From Camelus dromedarius (taxonomy: Eukaryota): a stretch of 64,000 bases of DNA. This document shows, piece by piece, positions 23,901 to 36,515 of this stretch. Numbering within the stretch: the stretch's first letter is position 1; every line of letters starts with the position of its first letter. The notes under the pieces were generated by a model that was not told where the DNA came from, ran no database searches, and was given only the letters and a program-made list of their open reading frames with translations. The DNA is taken from assembly GCF_036321535.1 (NCBI RefSeq), contig NC_087437.1, positions 23,624,001 to 23,688,000 on the forward strand, written 5' to 3'. The translations under genes and the position numbers were made by a program.

Positions 23901-25690
23901 TAATTTTTAAATTATGAAATTAATATTCATTATAATAAATCCAAGCAATAAAAGAGCATCTAAAATAAAGATGAACTTTCCCAATTCTACTTCCTCGAGG
24001 TATCCACTATCAAAACCTTGATCTGTGTTCATATGCCGAGCACATGGGGAGAAGGAATCAAGGAGAGGCAAATGACATGTGTCAGTTATCTTTTAAAGAA
24101 GTTGCCAGACTTCACATTTAAAGGACCAGAACTTTGCCACATCACCATGTCCAGGAAATATTGTACGTATTCCAAGCTTCACTGTGAATCAGTGAAATCA
24201 GAAGCTAAAACATAAGAGAAGAAAGTGAGAAGAGACTTGAGGGGACAGAACCAGCTCGACCATGATCATTCTCCAGTCCTGAAGTTCCATGTGATGGCAG
24301 TGGCTCTAGAGAGCACACCTGGCCATCCTCCATCCCCTCATTTACTAGCCTCAGGGAGCAGAGATGGTATCCTGCTGGTGAGTTTGAAAGAAGGAACTGG
24401 ACATGAGGAGTTCCTTCTTTTTGTCTCCCTTCAGGGAGGCAGCCTGTCTGCAGGAAGCACACATGCCCAGCTCTTCCCTGGGCTAAGCTTTATAGGGACA
24501 AGTGTCCACCAGGGACCCTTGGGTTTTCCAGCTCTGCCTGAGACAGGGAGGATAACTGATTCTACAGCACTCTGTAAACTTTCTGTTGCCAGAAAACACT
24601 GCCTATCCTTGAAACAGCCTGTGAGGATAAAAATAATTTGTGCTCCCATCTCTTTGCAATCCCACATGCAGCTGATTTCATTCACACGGTAAATCTCTCA
24701 AATTACCAGCAAGAGAAATAGAGTTTCCCTTTGAAAATTACAAAGTTATCGGTTAAAAAAAAAATGGCATAAGTACTCCCAGATTTCCGTGTACAGGCAA
24801 GTCCTGTGGCCATATTTCAAACAAGTGTCATGAACATGTTGTAAACAGAATAAATACACACAGCCATATGGAATGGGGAGAGAAAGACAAACACAGGAAA
24901 CACAGAGAAAAATAGAAATGGCCAAACTAGTAGAAAAAATCGTGAGAGCAAAGCAACTCAAGGGGATAAAATAGACACTGAGCATTGCCAGGAATAATCA
25001 TCATCACTGTCACTCCATCCACCAAATCCCTGAATAAAGTGTTCCCACATCCCCAGCCACGTCAGCTCTTCCACGTCATGTCGGGCCAGCAGGCAGACTA
25101 GGGCACATCTAAGTAAGAGTTGTGTTCAACAGCCATTTGTCTGAGTTTCCCTTTCTCTTCTCACGGTAATGATGCGATTGTCTTTGCACAGCTGATACTC
25201 CATTTGAGCCAATAATTATATTTCTTTAAAGCAAGAAACTCTATGAAACAACGAATAATAGAATTCTACAGAAATAAACCTAAATATACATATACATTTT
25301 TTAATAAAGAAATTGAACTCAGATGTGAGTGATGACTACAGAAGATATTGCCTCAGTGGATGCATGGATATACAAAGTAAACCTTTATGTTACCCATGGC
25401 ATAGCCATTTTAAGTGTTTTTGTTGTTGCAACATTGTAATTGACTTTCCCCTTTGTAGTTAGACCTCTGTGAAATTAGGCTGGTGTATTGAGGTAGGCTC
25501 TATAAGCATGGGCTTAAGAATGATTTAGAATATTAGAACAATTTAAAAATGGGTTTTAATTTTTTCATTGCTTAAAATTCCAGTGATATGAAAGATGTTG
25601 CATTAAAAAAATGTTTTAAATCGCTGCTACATTTTTGGTACAGTGGAAGGAAGCTGGAGCAAAGGACGATGATCTGTACTTTTACTTCTG

Positions 25691-25735
25691 GTTCTACCAC
25701 TACTAACTCCTGGCTGGAGTTAGTAGTGGTAGAAC
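25691..25735. repeat. Perfect 20-bp inverted repeat with 5-nt spacer
   Basis: GTTCTACCACTACTAACTCC-TGGCT-GGAGTTAGTAGTGGTAGAAC. Confidence 0.95.
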
Positions 25736-27249
25736 TACTACTAACTATAACTGGACATATGACCTGGTCCTCTCTCAGTCTCTTTGTTTGTATATTAGAA
25801 TGTAGAGCAGATCGTCCTTAATGCCCCTCTAACTCTAAAATCTTTTTATTCTATTCATTGAAAGTTATAGATTAGCACCAATATATTCTTGGCTGAAACA
25901 GTTTACTTAAGGAAATCTATGAGCTGGTGCTGCCCCCTATAGCAGACTGACAAGGCAGAGGAGATGCTGCAAAACCAGATAAATATTTAGTCACTCTAAT
26001 TGCTTCTCTCTGGCACCCTCTGTGTGCCTATTGCTGCAAAATCAAGAATTTTGAAAACTATCTAATTTCTAGCTCTGTTTTTATCTGTTATAATGAAAAA
26101 AAATCAAATTATGTTTAGTGGCTATTAGCTAAAACAGTTTGAACAAACTTTTTTTTTTTAAACTGTTAAAGGAAAAGAATGTTCCTGTAATTTCCTGAAA
26201 TAAACTTATCTGAGCCTGGATTACAGCCTGGTGCCATTTTAAATGAATGTCTTTTTACTTAACAACAATATTAGAAACATTAAACATATTTTAAGAGAAT
26301 CTGCAATAATGTGATGATAGAAAGACAATATATGTCATCTCCAACAGGAACTATTTAGTTGTGAATTAGATCTAACAACTAGTAATATTTTTCAAGTTCA
26401 AAAATGCTTTATAATTGTTATATTTGTGTTAAAGTTATCCCCTTAATATTTCATAAAAAAATTATGTGCTGTTTCAAAAAACCTGGATCACTGCCATTCT
26501 TGGCAGGATCGCAAGTTAGATCATCTTAAAACCCTCTTGCTAACACCTAGAAAGTTGGGCTAAAGCAAAACCAAAAGCCACTGAAATGTAAAGTGTAGGC
26601 ATTAGGAGAGTAAGAGAATTTTGTAGAGATTAAAGTTGGGAACAATCTGAAATATCTGACTGTGAAGCACAGGCTGACTCTCTCTTTGGCATCCCAGAGG
26701 GAAGGAGTCACCAGGCTTCATTAACAAGGGACTAAGGGTCCACCTACCAAGATGGGGCAGGAGATGAGGCCCCCAGGGCTTAAGCAAGGTGTGGTATTGA
26801 AACAGACACTCCCAATAAGATAGGAACCCTCCAAGAGACACACTCAGCTGTAAAGAATAAGTTGGAAGAAACTTCACTCACCTTGACTGTTCCGGGCTGT
26901 ACTTGAGGTAGAGAAAAAACTGTTTGCTGAGAATTCATAATCAAGATCTGTGTTCATTGTGGAGAGGTTGATATTTAAAATACACAGATGACACGGGAAA
27001 CACCAAACTGACAGAATAACATAAAGAGCGGTCTTCAGTGGTTACAAATGCCGGGGTATCAGCAGAAAGGAAAACAAACCTCTCAGAGAGCAAAACCCTC
27101 AGACAAGACCTCCTCGGAGCCTCATGGGTTCTCCAGTCATAGTCCTAAACTTGAGGACACACGAGGTAACATGCCACCATTCCTCTCTCTCTCTGTTTCC
27201 CTGTATTTCTGTGTATCACACAAAGAAATCACGTATCACATAGAGATGA

Positions 27250-27500
27250 AGGGAGCACAGGGCATAGTGACTGAGGGTGTAGCTTCTGCAGCTAGCTTCA
27301 AATCATGGCTTTATGGACATTTAACTAGCTGGGTAACCTTGTGCAAGCTTCGTAAATCTCCATTTCTTCATCTGTAAAATGGGAACTATTACAGTGATCT
27401 GTTTCCTAAGGTTAAGGGAATTAGATGAGTTCATATATGGAAAGTCCTCAGCAGCAGAACCCTGCTTGGCTTACAGAAAGCACCAAAAACAGTTAGCTGG
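27250..27500 (+). mobile_element. MIR SINE
   Basis: CTAGCTGGGTAACCTTGTGCAAG...TTTCTTCATCTGTAAAATGGGAA core. Confidence 0.75.
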
Positions 27501-28366
27501 TATCACCACCACCATTACTGTTATTAAAGGTAGTTGGTCACATGACACTGCTTATCGCATAATTAGGTTGCTTTTCCTCCGTGGGTGCCCAGATGCATAG
27601 TCATTTGGACTGAAATTACATCTTAAGTAAACCTAGCAACTCCACATCTCAAAATTATGTGATTTCACATGACTGGCTCCTTTGTTGAGAAGCAGAAGAA
27701 CTAACGGCAGGAAAATCAAATAGGCAACCACGAAGCCAGCCAAGTACACAATATGTTTTTAGAATTTGCTATTTACTTTTTGTTCAGATATTATGTGCAG
27801 AGGCCCCACCCTCACTCCAGCCTTAGCACATCCCCCCCCCCAACACACACCAGGGAACACTTACCACACACACACTCTAGAAACCGGGAAAACGCGGTTA
27901 GGACGGTAGGCTGCCTGACTAGATTTCCAGGTGGAACCTTGAGACTAAGCAGCTCTACAAGCTTGTGCATTAGCTAAACTCCACGTGTTCCTCCGCCTCT
28001 CTCCTAGGAGCTTTCATGTTTCTCACCTTTTATCCACCTCTTCAGCTTTCCTTCATTACAGTTATAACACGAGGAGATAACTGCCTAGCACTCCACCGTC
28101 TTCTATTGCCTCTTGATGCAGCTTGTTTCTTCCTCTGAAAAACGGTTTTGACATTTACATCATTGTGAGAATCGAATGATACACATTTTCAAACAAAAAT
28201 GATTTCGATTTTCTGCAATAATTCTTCAGCTTTGTCAGCAGTTATGTATTTACTTGCTTTATGCTTGCTGACAGAGAACGACCTTTTATTTCTGTCTCTT
28301 TGAAAACCTAGCACAGTGTCATACACATATTAGGACTTTTATTCACTCATTCCACAAGTATTTGCT

Positions 28367-29722
28367 GAGTGTAGAAAGATCCTGAACTCATCTCCTCCCA
28401 CGGACACACCAGATCTACAGCTACATATGGAAACAGTCCATCTGGAAAGAACCTGGAAACTAGCTGAACTGTTCCTCCACAAAAGAGAAAAGGAACACAT
28501 CAAGACTGGTAGGAGCAGAGATCTTCTCTGTCATCAAAAACCCCACCCTGGTGTGGAAACCCACAATCCGGAGGTCTCACAAGTTTGGAGCTTCTCCTGG
28601 GGGAGAGAGGGCTTTGTCCCCACATCAAAGACCCCAAAACATGGGACCCACACCCGAGATATAAGACCCCAAAGGTCTGGCTGAGAAAACTAATGGGGCT
28701 TCTGTCCAAGGAACCCAAAGGGCCATAGGGAACTGAGATTCTCCTTTTAAAGGGCTTGCATGTGGTCTCACTGGCCCCAGGACCCAGAGCAAAAGCAGCA
28801 GTTTGAAGAGTGCCAGGAGGAGTGAAAGAGACTCACTTGCTAACCTTTAAGCATCATCTGGAGGGGAGGGCGCAGCTGGGACTCTCTCCAGACACAAAGG
28901 TGATGGCTGACACCATTTTTGCCTTCTCTCTCCCGAGAGTACAGGTGGGCCTATGCAGGTGTGACATGCAGAAGGCCCTCACTAGCCTTGCTCAGGACGG
29001 CAGGGGCAAGGCGGAGCACTCCCCTGATCCCTGGCTCAGGCCAGTGAGCACAATTTGTCACATCATGCTTCCACTCTCTTGCTAAATCCGGTAGGCAGGC
29101 ACACAAAAGGCCCTCTCCTGCTGCATCACTGAAGCCAGCTGGCACGCAAAGTCCAGGAATCTCCCCTGCCTTGCTAAAGCCCAGCAGGTGCACTCAACCC
29201 AGCCAGAGAATGCTTCTTCATCATCTGGCCCTTGTGGCCAAGGGGGCCTGCATTCCCGGGCTCCATGGGACTGTAAGAATCGGAAAAACAGTTCTTGGCA
29301 GGCTGCCACCCCCAGGGCACCTCACAGACAGCCGACTGAAACACATCCCAGTCTTCTGCGAAAAAGGCCTATTTACTCACGCTGGAGCTTCAGCCTGAGG
29401 GGCAGGCTTCAAGTCTGCCACACATCTAGGAGCTATGGGTGTGCTCTCCGGGAGCACAAGCAGTGCAACACCAACTTTGTTCCTAGGGCGCGTGCTATAG
29501 CTTGACGATACCTCATGAAAAGCGCCTATACTCTTGTCTGGAGCACTGATTTTTGCAACTGTTGCCCAGAGATCGCTTCCAGATCTCCTGGTCTGGAGGC
29601 CAGCAGGGTTTACGACTGCAGCCTCGCGAGACTGTGTACATTCACAGTACTGCCACATGAGGGTCTGGCTTCCCCTCAGCCTGAAACTAGGTATTAAGTG
29701 AGATCCCTACACTTGGAACATT
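28367..29722 (+). mobile_element. L1 5'UTR segment (GC-rich)
   Basis: Starts GTAGAAAGATCCTGAACTCATCTCCTCCCACGGACACACC, resembling L1MA9/L1M-type 5' ends. GC-rich with no coherent ORF. Confidence 0.65.
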
Positions 29723-29724
29723 GT

Positions 29725-30502
29725 GTTTGGGGTGGGCAAGATGGGTGAAAGGGGTCAAGGGGTACAGACTTCCAGTCATAAAATAAGTAAGTCATGGGGA
29801 TGTGGTGCGCCGCACGGTACCTATAGTCAGTAACGTTGTAGAGCATACTTCAAAGTTGCCAAGGGAGTAAATCCTGAAAGTTAATTTTGTGTGGTGACAG
29901 ATGGTAACTACAGGCCTCCCTCCTTTCATTTCACTTCACTTTATTACGCTTTGCAGACACTGCATTTTTTACAAATTGAAGTTTTATGGCAACCTTGTGT
30001 AGAGTGAATCTATCAGCACCGTTTTTTTTCCAACAGCATTTGCTCACTTCATGTCTCTGTGTTCCATTTTGGTAATTCTTGCAATATTTAAAACTTTTTC
30101 ATCACTATTACACTTTTTATTATGATCTGTGATCAGTGATCTTTGATGTTACTACAACTTGTTAAAAGCTTAAATGATGGTTTGCACTTTTTAGCAGAAA
30201 ACTTTTAAAAATGAAGTCTGTCCTTTGTTTTTTTTAGACATAATGCTATTTCACACTTAATAGACTACAGTAAGCATAAACATAACGTTTATGTGCACTG
30301 GGAAACTAAAAAATTTGTGTGACCCACTTTATTGCAGTATTTGGTTTATTGTAGTGGTCTGGAACCTGCCATACCTCCAAGGTATGCCTATAGACTTACT
30401 GTGGTGGTCATTTTGCAATGTATACAAATAACAAATTATTATGTGTCCACCCGAAACCAATATAATGTTATATGGCAATTATATCTCAATAATTAAAAAA
30501 AA
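29725..30502 (+). mobile_element. L1MA9-like 3' end split by a Tigger element
   Basis: GGGTGAAAGGGGTCAAGGGGTACAGACTTCCAGTCATAAAATAAGTAAGTCATGGGGATGT...GGTAACTA[insert]TAGACTTACTGTGGTGGTCATTTTGCAATG...A-tail. Confidence 0.8.
29911..30390 (+). mobile_element. Internally deleted Tigger1 derivative (~480 bp) with TA target duplication
   Basis: TA|CAGGCCTCCCTC...GGTATGCCTA|TA termini; Tigger1 5' block TTTTTTACAAATTGAAG...GGCAACC. Confidence 0.85.
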
Positions 30503-31749
30503 TAACGAATGTTCATTGAACAAGTAGGATGTACCACTGTCCTGGGCTCTGTATTTACTGTAATAAACCATCAACCCCTGCTTTGCTTGATGAAAATTTG
30601 CTAAGTTGACTTCTTAGTTACGTCTACCATGTATTCAGCTTGCCAATATGCTGTAAAATGCATCTTACTCACCTCTAGCAGTGCCAGGAAGTAGACCGGG
30701 GCATATGACACAACCAGCCTGCCTGAACTGTCTGATTAAATGCCACAGAAATACATCAGACAACACCTGAGATCATGCCAGCCACATGGCCTCTACGGAA
30801 TGTGCCCACATTCCGTTGAACATGTATCCATTGTGATCCTCAAAGGTGTGTGTTTTGTTTAAAAATCTGTCTCATCCACTAGCCTGTGAGCCCGAGAATA
30901 CTAACTGTGTTCTTTTGCAGTTCCCTCTGCCTTTACAAATAGCTCAGCGTCTGTGAATTTAGAATGAAGTAATTATTGATAGAGTGAAATAGTAGAGAGG
31001 ATGTTAAAACTTTTTACTGGCTACTGTAACAAGTATTTCAAAAATACATCCACTGAGTTTATTGTTCTTTGTTAGGCAGAGGTGAATGCCTACCGTGCAC
31101 TATTATTAACCGCATTACGTATAAAGTAGCGCTCTGGGCTACATCACTCTGACTACATTTGGAATGTATCATTCTTTCTCTTTTCTGGGATTTATGATTT
31201 AGGAGGCCTGAAGTCAAATGGGAAATGCTTTCTGTGAAGGTCAACCAAATTAGGGGAATAGATCCATTTTAAATATTAGCTATCACCAGCCAGAAAGCTG
31301 AATTTGGTATTAGAGTTTATTAAATCCAGACCTACGGGTTTCCCAAGCTTGCATCTTTCAATATAAATTACATTAAATGTTGAACACTGAGGGGAAAAGA
31401 CAGAAAAGGGACCAGCTGTCCCAACAGAGGCAAAATGCCATTCCCTGAAATCATGGCTTATCCTATACTTGAACTTAATTTAACATCTAGTTAATTGGAA
31501 AATCCAGCTAGTAAATTAGTCTGGTAATTAGCTTTTTGTAAAATTTCTGGGACATCTGGTCATTAAGAAAAAAATGTTTTAAAATGCATCCTTCTCTGAC
31601 AGTGACAAATTCTAGCAGTTTTCTGCATGACATATTGGCATTCGAATCATACTTGGAAGTTTAAATGCGTCCTAAATAAGTGAATTAGAAGTAAGCATTT
31701 ATAAATGACTTCATTATATCAGATAGCTACTGCTTCTCATCACTACTGC

Positions 31750-33164
31750 AAAGTCCAAGTCAAAGTCACCCAAGTCAGATACGGGTGAGACTCAAAGTGT
31801 GACTCATCCTGAGGGAAAGTGCTCTCCGCTGGGAACCTGTGAAGCCAAGCAAGTTAAGTGTTTGCAAATCACAGCAGGCGGTCATTTCCATTCCAAGAGG
31901 ATAAAACAGGGAAGAAGAAAGGAGGGACAGGTCCCAGGTAAGTCTAAGACCAAACAGGACAAACAACACTAAATCTTAAGGCTCAAGAATGACCTTTGCC
32001 TCAAAACTCTACCTTCTAGACTCACTGGAGTGGCAGTGTCAGCCCAGGGCACAGCAGGAAGGCCTGCAGAAGCTGCCTGGGCTCCGTGGCTCTCTGGGTC
32101 TGGGGTCCTCAGCCCATGACTCTCCCAGGTAGCTAAGTCCTTTGAATTCTAGGTGGAGGCAGCCTCCTAGGCCTGTGCCGGGGGAGACAGGGTCACAGGA
32201 ACAGTATCAAAATTTGGTGCCTACGGCCCTTGGAGGGGCAGCCACTGAGGCCTGCGCCACACCAGGATCCACCAGAGCCGCTGTGCCTGGTGGCAGAGGA
32301 GCGTGGCACCAGAGTGCAGAGGTCGGAGCCCAAGGAGTGAGGTGGCACCAGACAGCTGGCACATAGGTCCCACGGCTGCTGGGGTCCCTTCTTTGAACCC
32401 CTTTGCTCCCCAGGCCCTTGTACTTGGGGCTTGTGATGCGAGTGGCAGCTCTGCTGATCTCTGAGTCCCCTTTGGGGGTCATGCTTCATTGTCTTCGAGA
32501 GTAGCGTCTGGTTTCTGTTCAGATGGCCCAGACCCACTATTCCCTGCGGTCACTTGAACACACCCTCAGTGTTCTAACTTTTTGCAATCTGGATAGGCTG
32601 AGAATTTTCCTAATCTTTACATTTTTCTTCCTTTTTGCTTAACAATTCTATCTTTAAGTCAATTCTCTCGGCTTGAATTTTACTAGAAGCAGTCTGGAGA
32701 AGCCAAGCTGTGCCTTCAGCGCTTTTCTTAGCAATTGCTTCGGCTAAGTATCCCAGTTCACCACCTGCAAGCTCTATCTTCCACCAAACACTAGAACATG
32801 AATACAACTCAGCCAAGTTGTTTGCCACTTTATAATAAGGCTAGCCTCTCCTACGGTTTTCAATAACATGTTCCTCATTTCTGCCTGAGATCTCTCATCA
32901 AAATGGCCTTTTTGTCCATATTTCTACCAACTTTCTGTTCATGGCTACTTAGGTACTCTCTAAGAAGACCGAGGCTTCCTCTACAGCTCTCCTCTTTTCT
33001 GAGGTCTCAGTAGAATCATCTTTACAATTCTGCTCACGGCACTCAAGGTGTTTTCTAGCATGAACCTTAAAACTTCCAGCCTCCACTCCTGACCCAGTGC
33101 CAAAGTCACTGCTACATGTTTACGTGTTTGTTATGCAGCATCCTCACTTCTCTGTACCAACTTT
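31750..33164 (-). mobile_element. MaLR internal region (MLT1-int)
   Basis: Minus ORF remnant NLAELYSCSSVWWKIELAGGELGYLAEAIAKKS is typical of MaLR-int. Abuts an MLT1A LTR at 33165. Confidence 0.8.
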
Positions 33165-33525
33165 TGTCCTTGTCTGTTTTGGCTGCTATAACAAAAATAC
33201 TGTAGACTGAGTGGCTTAAACAACAAACACTTATTTCTTTTTCTTTCTTTCTTCCTTTTCTTTTCCTTTTCTTTTCTTCCTTCCTTCCTTTTTCTTTTCT
33301 TCCTTCCATTCTTCCTTCCTTCCTTTCTTTTAACAAACACTTATTTCTGATAGCTTTGGAGGCTGAGAAGTCCATGATCAACACTGGCAGATGCTAAGGG
33401 CACTAATTCCACTCATGAGGGTCCCACCTGACCTATCACCCCGCAAAGGCCCCACTCCAAATCCACCATGCTGGGTAATTCACAAGCTTTGGCAGGGGAG
33501 AGATACAAGCATTCGGTCTATAGCA
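33165..33525 (-). mobile_element. MLT1A-type 5' LTR carrying an internal pyrimidine-tract insertion
   Basis: TGTC...GGCTGCTATAACAAAAATACTGTAGACTGAGTGGCTTAAACAAC...GGAGGCTGAGAAGTCCATGATCAA...CATTCGGTCTATAGCA. Confidence 0.8.
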
Positions 33526-33559
33526 AAGACTCAACCCACAAATCAAAAATAGAACAGTA

Positions 33560-35598
33560 TTTTACTACAAGTCATATCATATTTATTTAAAAGCCAAAAA
33601 CAGTATGATGAAGCAAGAAAACATACAGGTTTCAGAGAATGCTTGTTTTTTTAATCAATCTGATCACTTCTAAAGGATGAAATGTTAAGAAATATAAAAA
33701 CAATATGTGCTGTAAATATAAAAATATAAGAAACATGGTATTTTTAAAGAAACTGTAACTGCAAAAGACATGTTAATACCACAAAAACTTTGAACAGAAA
33801 TTTAAAATGTCATATGCTAAAAATAATTTTTTCTTAGTAGTATGCATTTGGCATTAGAATGGAGGGATGTAGGCAAGATAAAATGTAACGTTTATATAGA
33901 TAAACTTTCTGAATACTATTGTCTGATTTCCTATATAAAATGTCAGACTTCATTATAAGAAACAATATAGCTGTCCATTTAAGGCTACAATTGCCTTTTC
34001 AAATGTAGGGTAATTATTATTTCAGAAAGCAGCAGCTTTTACCATTTTTTAAAAAAAGCTAGTAGTGGCACATAAAAATGAACATTACAAGAAACTGAGT
34101 AAAACAACATTTACCATGAAAAGATGAATGTAATTTAAAAATGAGGCACCTTTCACTTCAATAAGAACTGAGGGTGAAGGCCTTTACCTTATACCTAATA
34201 ACACTTGCTTTATTTAATAAGGAGCAGCAGAAGGATACATTCCATTCTACGTACTGGCTGTGTTGAAAGAACACAGTTCATATCCAGATAAAAAGCGGAA
34301 GTGCAGTAGAGGCAAGCTGATTTATCAGAGTGTATGCACTAAAATACTCTGTGCTTTGAACCAGTTAACACAGACAAGTCCAATTTATACTTTACCTATG
34401 TTGATCCAAATTATCTTTACTGATAAGCTAGCAGATCCCAGATAGGTAGCATGTTTGCTGTGTTTTATCATTCTCTTGGCATGGATACAGATTTGTCTAT
34501 CATTTAAGTAAAAAACGCAAAGCCATACTAAGCCACATCTGTGTTTGTAGTTTTGCTTTTACACAATTTTACAGGGTAACAGAATGTCACATTTCAAAAT
34601 TTAAGAATGAAACAACAACTCTTGCAATCAGAACAGCATGGTAATCATCAGGAATCTTCTTGTAAGAAAAAAAAAACAACCCAACAATCATCTCCTCTGT
34701 GCCCCATTAAATAGATAACTAAGGTTCAGTAGGCAATCTCAGTGATTTGGCCAAACATATTTTATACATAAGGCATCTATGACCAAGAGAGGTTAGACAC
34801 ATTAAAGGCAAGCTCCTAAGGACACTGATGTGTCTAAACTGCTCAGAGATCTAGATGGGTTATGCACTGGTCACCTCTTTTCCTGACAGTCTAACCTTAC
34901 TTTCAAATAGAGGCAGCTCCAGATTGTCCGTGCCAGTAAGTGAGGGAACAGGCAAGGAAAATATAACCTTACGATATAAAAAACACGTTTTATCACGTAG
35001 TAAAATAAAATTTTCCATTGAAACTTTTATGAACTTTGCATAATGAGGTTTTAGCACACACGCACAAGTAAAATTTTCCTTGTGCAATAAAACATAATAC
35101 TTTCTTTTCATTTTTAACAATGAAGTGTATCGTTCTTCCAACCTGGAATCCAATTTGTCCACAGTAACTGGACATGATGATGGAGAGGGGAGGGTTAGAG
35201 ACAGAAGCTGTATTTCTCTATCTCAACAAAGACTGCTGTCGAAAGCCTGTCATTTCACTATGAGTCAGCGTGAGCGCTTTGGGATTCACTTGCCCTTGGT
35301 TCATGCTGAAGTGTTTCAAGCTCACTGCACAGATGTTTACTTGGTTACTGAGTCATAGCTTTTTCAGGGTAAACTCCAAGTCTACCAAGGAGACAGGGAG
35401 ATACTCAATCAAAACACATATTTGGATTGTGTTCTTAAACTTACGCTCTCAGCCTGCCTGTCAAACAAAGCTACACCCAATAACAATAATCTGCAAAAGC
35501 CGATAAATATATTTGCAAATAATTGAGGGCTGACTGTAAACCCAATCAACTTTTCCAAATTTTTTTAATTAATCATAATTGCTGATTTGCGGTGTCCA
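33560..35598 (-). other. PLSCR4: PLSCR4 3'UTR (predicted)
   Basis: Repeat-poor AT-rich stretch between the stop codon and the AATAAA. Confidence 0.6.
33582..33587 (-). terminator. PLSCR4: Probable distal poly(A) signal of PLSCR4
   Basis: AATAAA on minus ~2.0 kb after the stop codon, followed by T/GT-rich TGTTCTATTTTTGATTTGTG. A second AATAAA lies at 34214-34209. Confidence 0.65.
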
Positions 35599-35655
35599 TC
35601 AATCATGATGAGGGGATGAACGCTGTGGTGGAGAGCTTTCAAAATACATGAAGTC
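35599..35655 (-). CDS. PLSCR4: PLSCR4 last coding exon DFMYFESSPPQRSSPHHD*
   Basis: Acceptor TTCCAATTTCAG|GAC; TGA at 35601-35599; matches the scramblase C-terminal DFMYFE motif. Confidence 0.95.
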   Translation of the reverse strand, partial: DFMYFESSPPQRSSPHHD

Positions 35656-36515
35656 CTGAAATTGGAAAAAGAATTATATGTATAGTTAGTTATAAAATTA
35701 GATAGATAGATAATTATATAAATAAAGAAAGTGAATAGGTCAATAATTAGGTGCAATGCACAACGTGTTATCCTTTATCAGGTGATCCTCTCATTCCAGT
35801 TTAGGAACATATCAGTGTAATGACATCTGCATGAAGAGAACCTAAGATGAAGAACAGTGATTGCAAATTGTGGGAAGGCAGTAAGCTTTCCATTTGGGGG
35901 ACCAGTTAAGTAAATTTTCACTGCTGGGAGGTAGAAAAGCTTGATAATCAACATTAAACATGTTAAATATACCAATTGCAATACGTTAATCAGGTTTTTA
36001 AGGTAAATGCTATCAATTTTATTTCTATGTTTTTCTCATGAATCTTAACGATGAATTATGAGCACAGCAAGGGGATTGTACCCAGTCAGTTAGGAGGGTC
36101 CAACGCCGAGGAGGACACTGATGAGAGGCAGTAGGTAAAGGGAAAGAACATCAGCTTTAGAGTTATTTTATTTCACTAAGAAATCATAGGACAGGCGTCT
36201 TTAACTGGTGAGCACAGTAAGTAACACGCAATAATGACAATTACACCCAGTGGATGCCTACCATCTTTCAAGCACTCTTCTGGCCCGTTTACTCATATGA
36301 TAGCCTACTATTCATAACCCTAAGAAAAAAAATATAAGTATTTTTATTTTCATTTTACAGATGAGGAGACTGAGGCTTGCAAATGCTACACACTGCAACA
36401 CATGTAACTAGTAAGTGACAGATAGTTTCCAACCTTACTGCCTTTCTATTACATGACACTGCTTCTCATCGGGGAAAATAATTTTCTCAAGATAACTCAA
36501 AAGCAAAAGACTTAC

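Noticed and set aside
24225..24692. 155-aa plus-strand ORF
   Set aside because: GTG start, random-looking composition, no recognisable homology.
25926..25945. Second CTCF-like motif (GCTATAGGGGGCAGC on minus)
   Set aside because: Three mismatches in the 5' CCAC half; too weak without ChIP data.
32610..32828. 72-aa ORF as a host gene
   Set aside because: It is the decayed ORF of the MaLR internal region.
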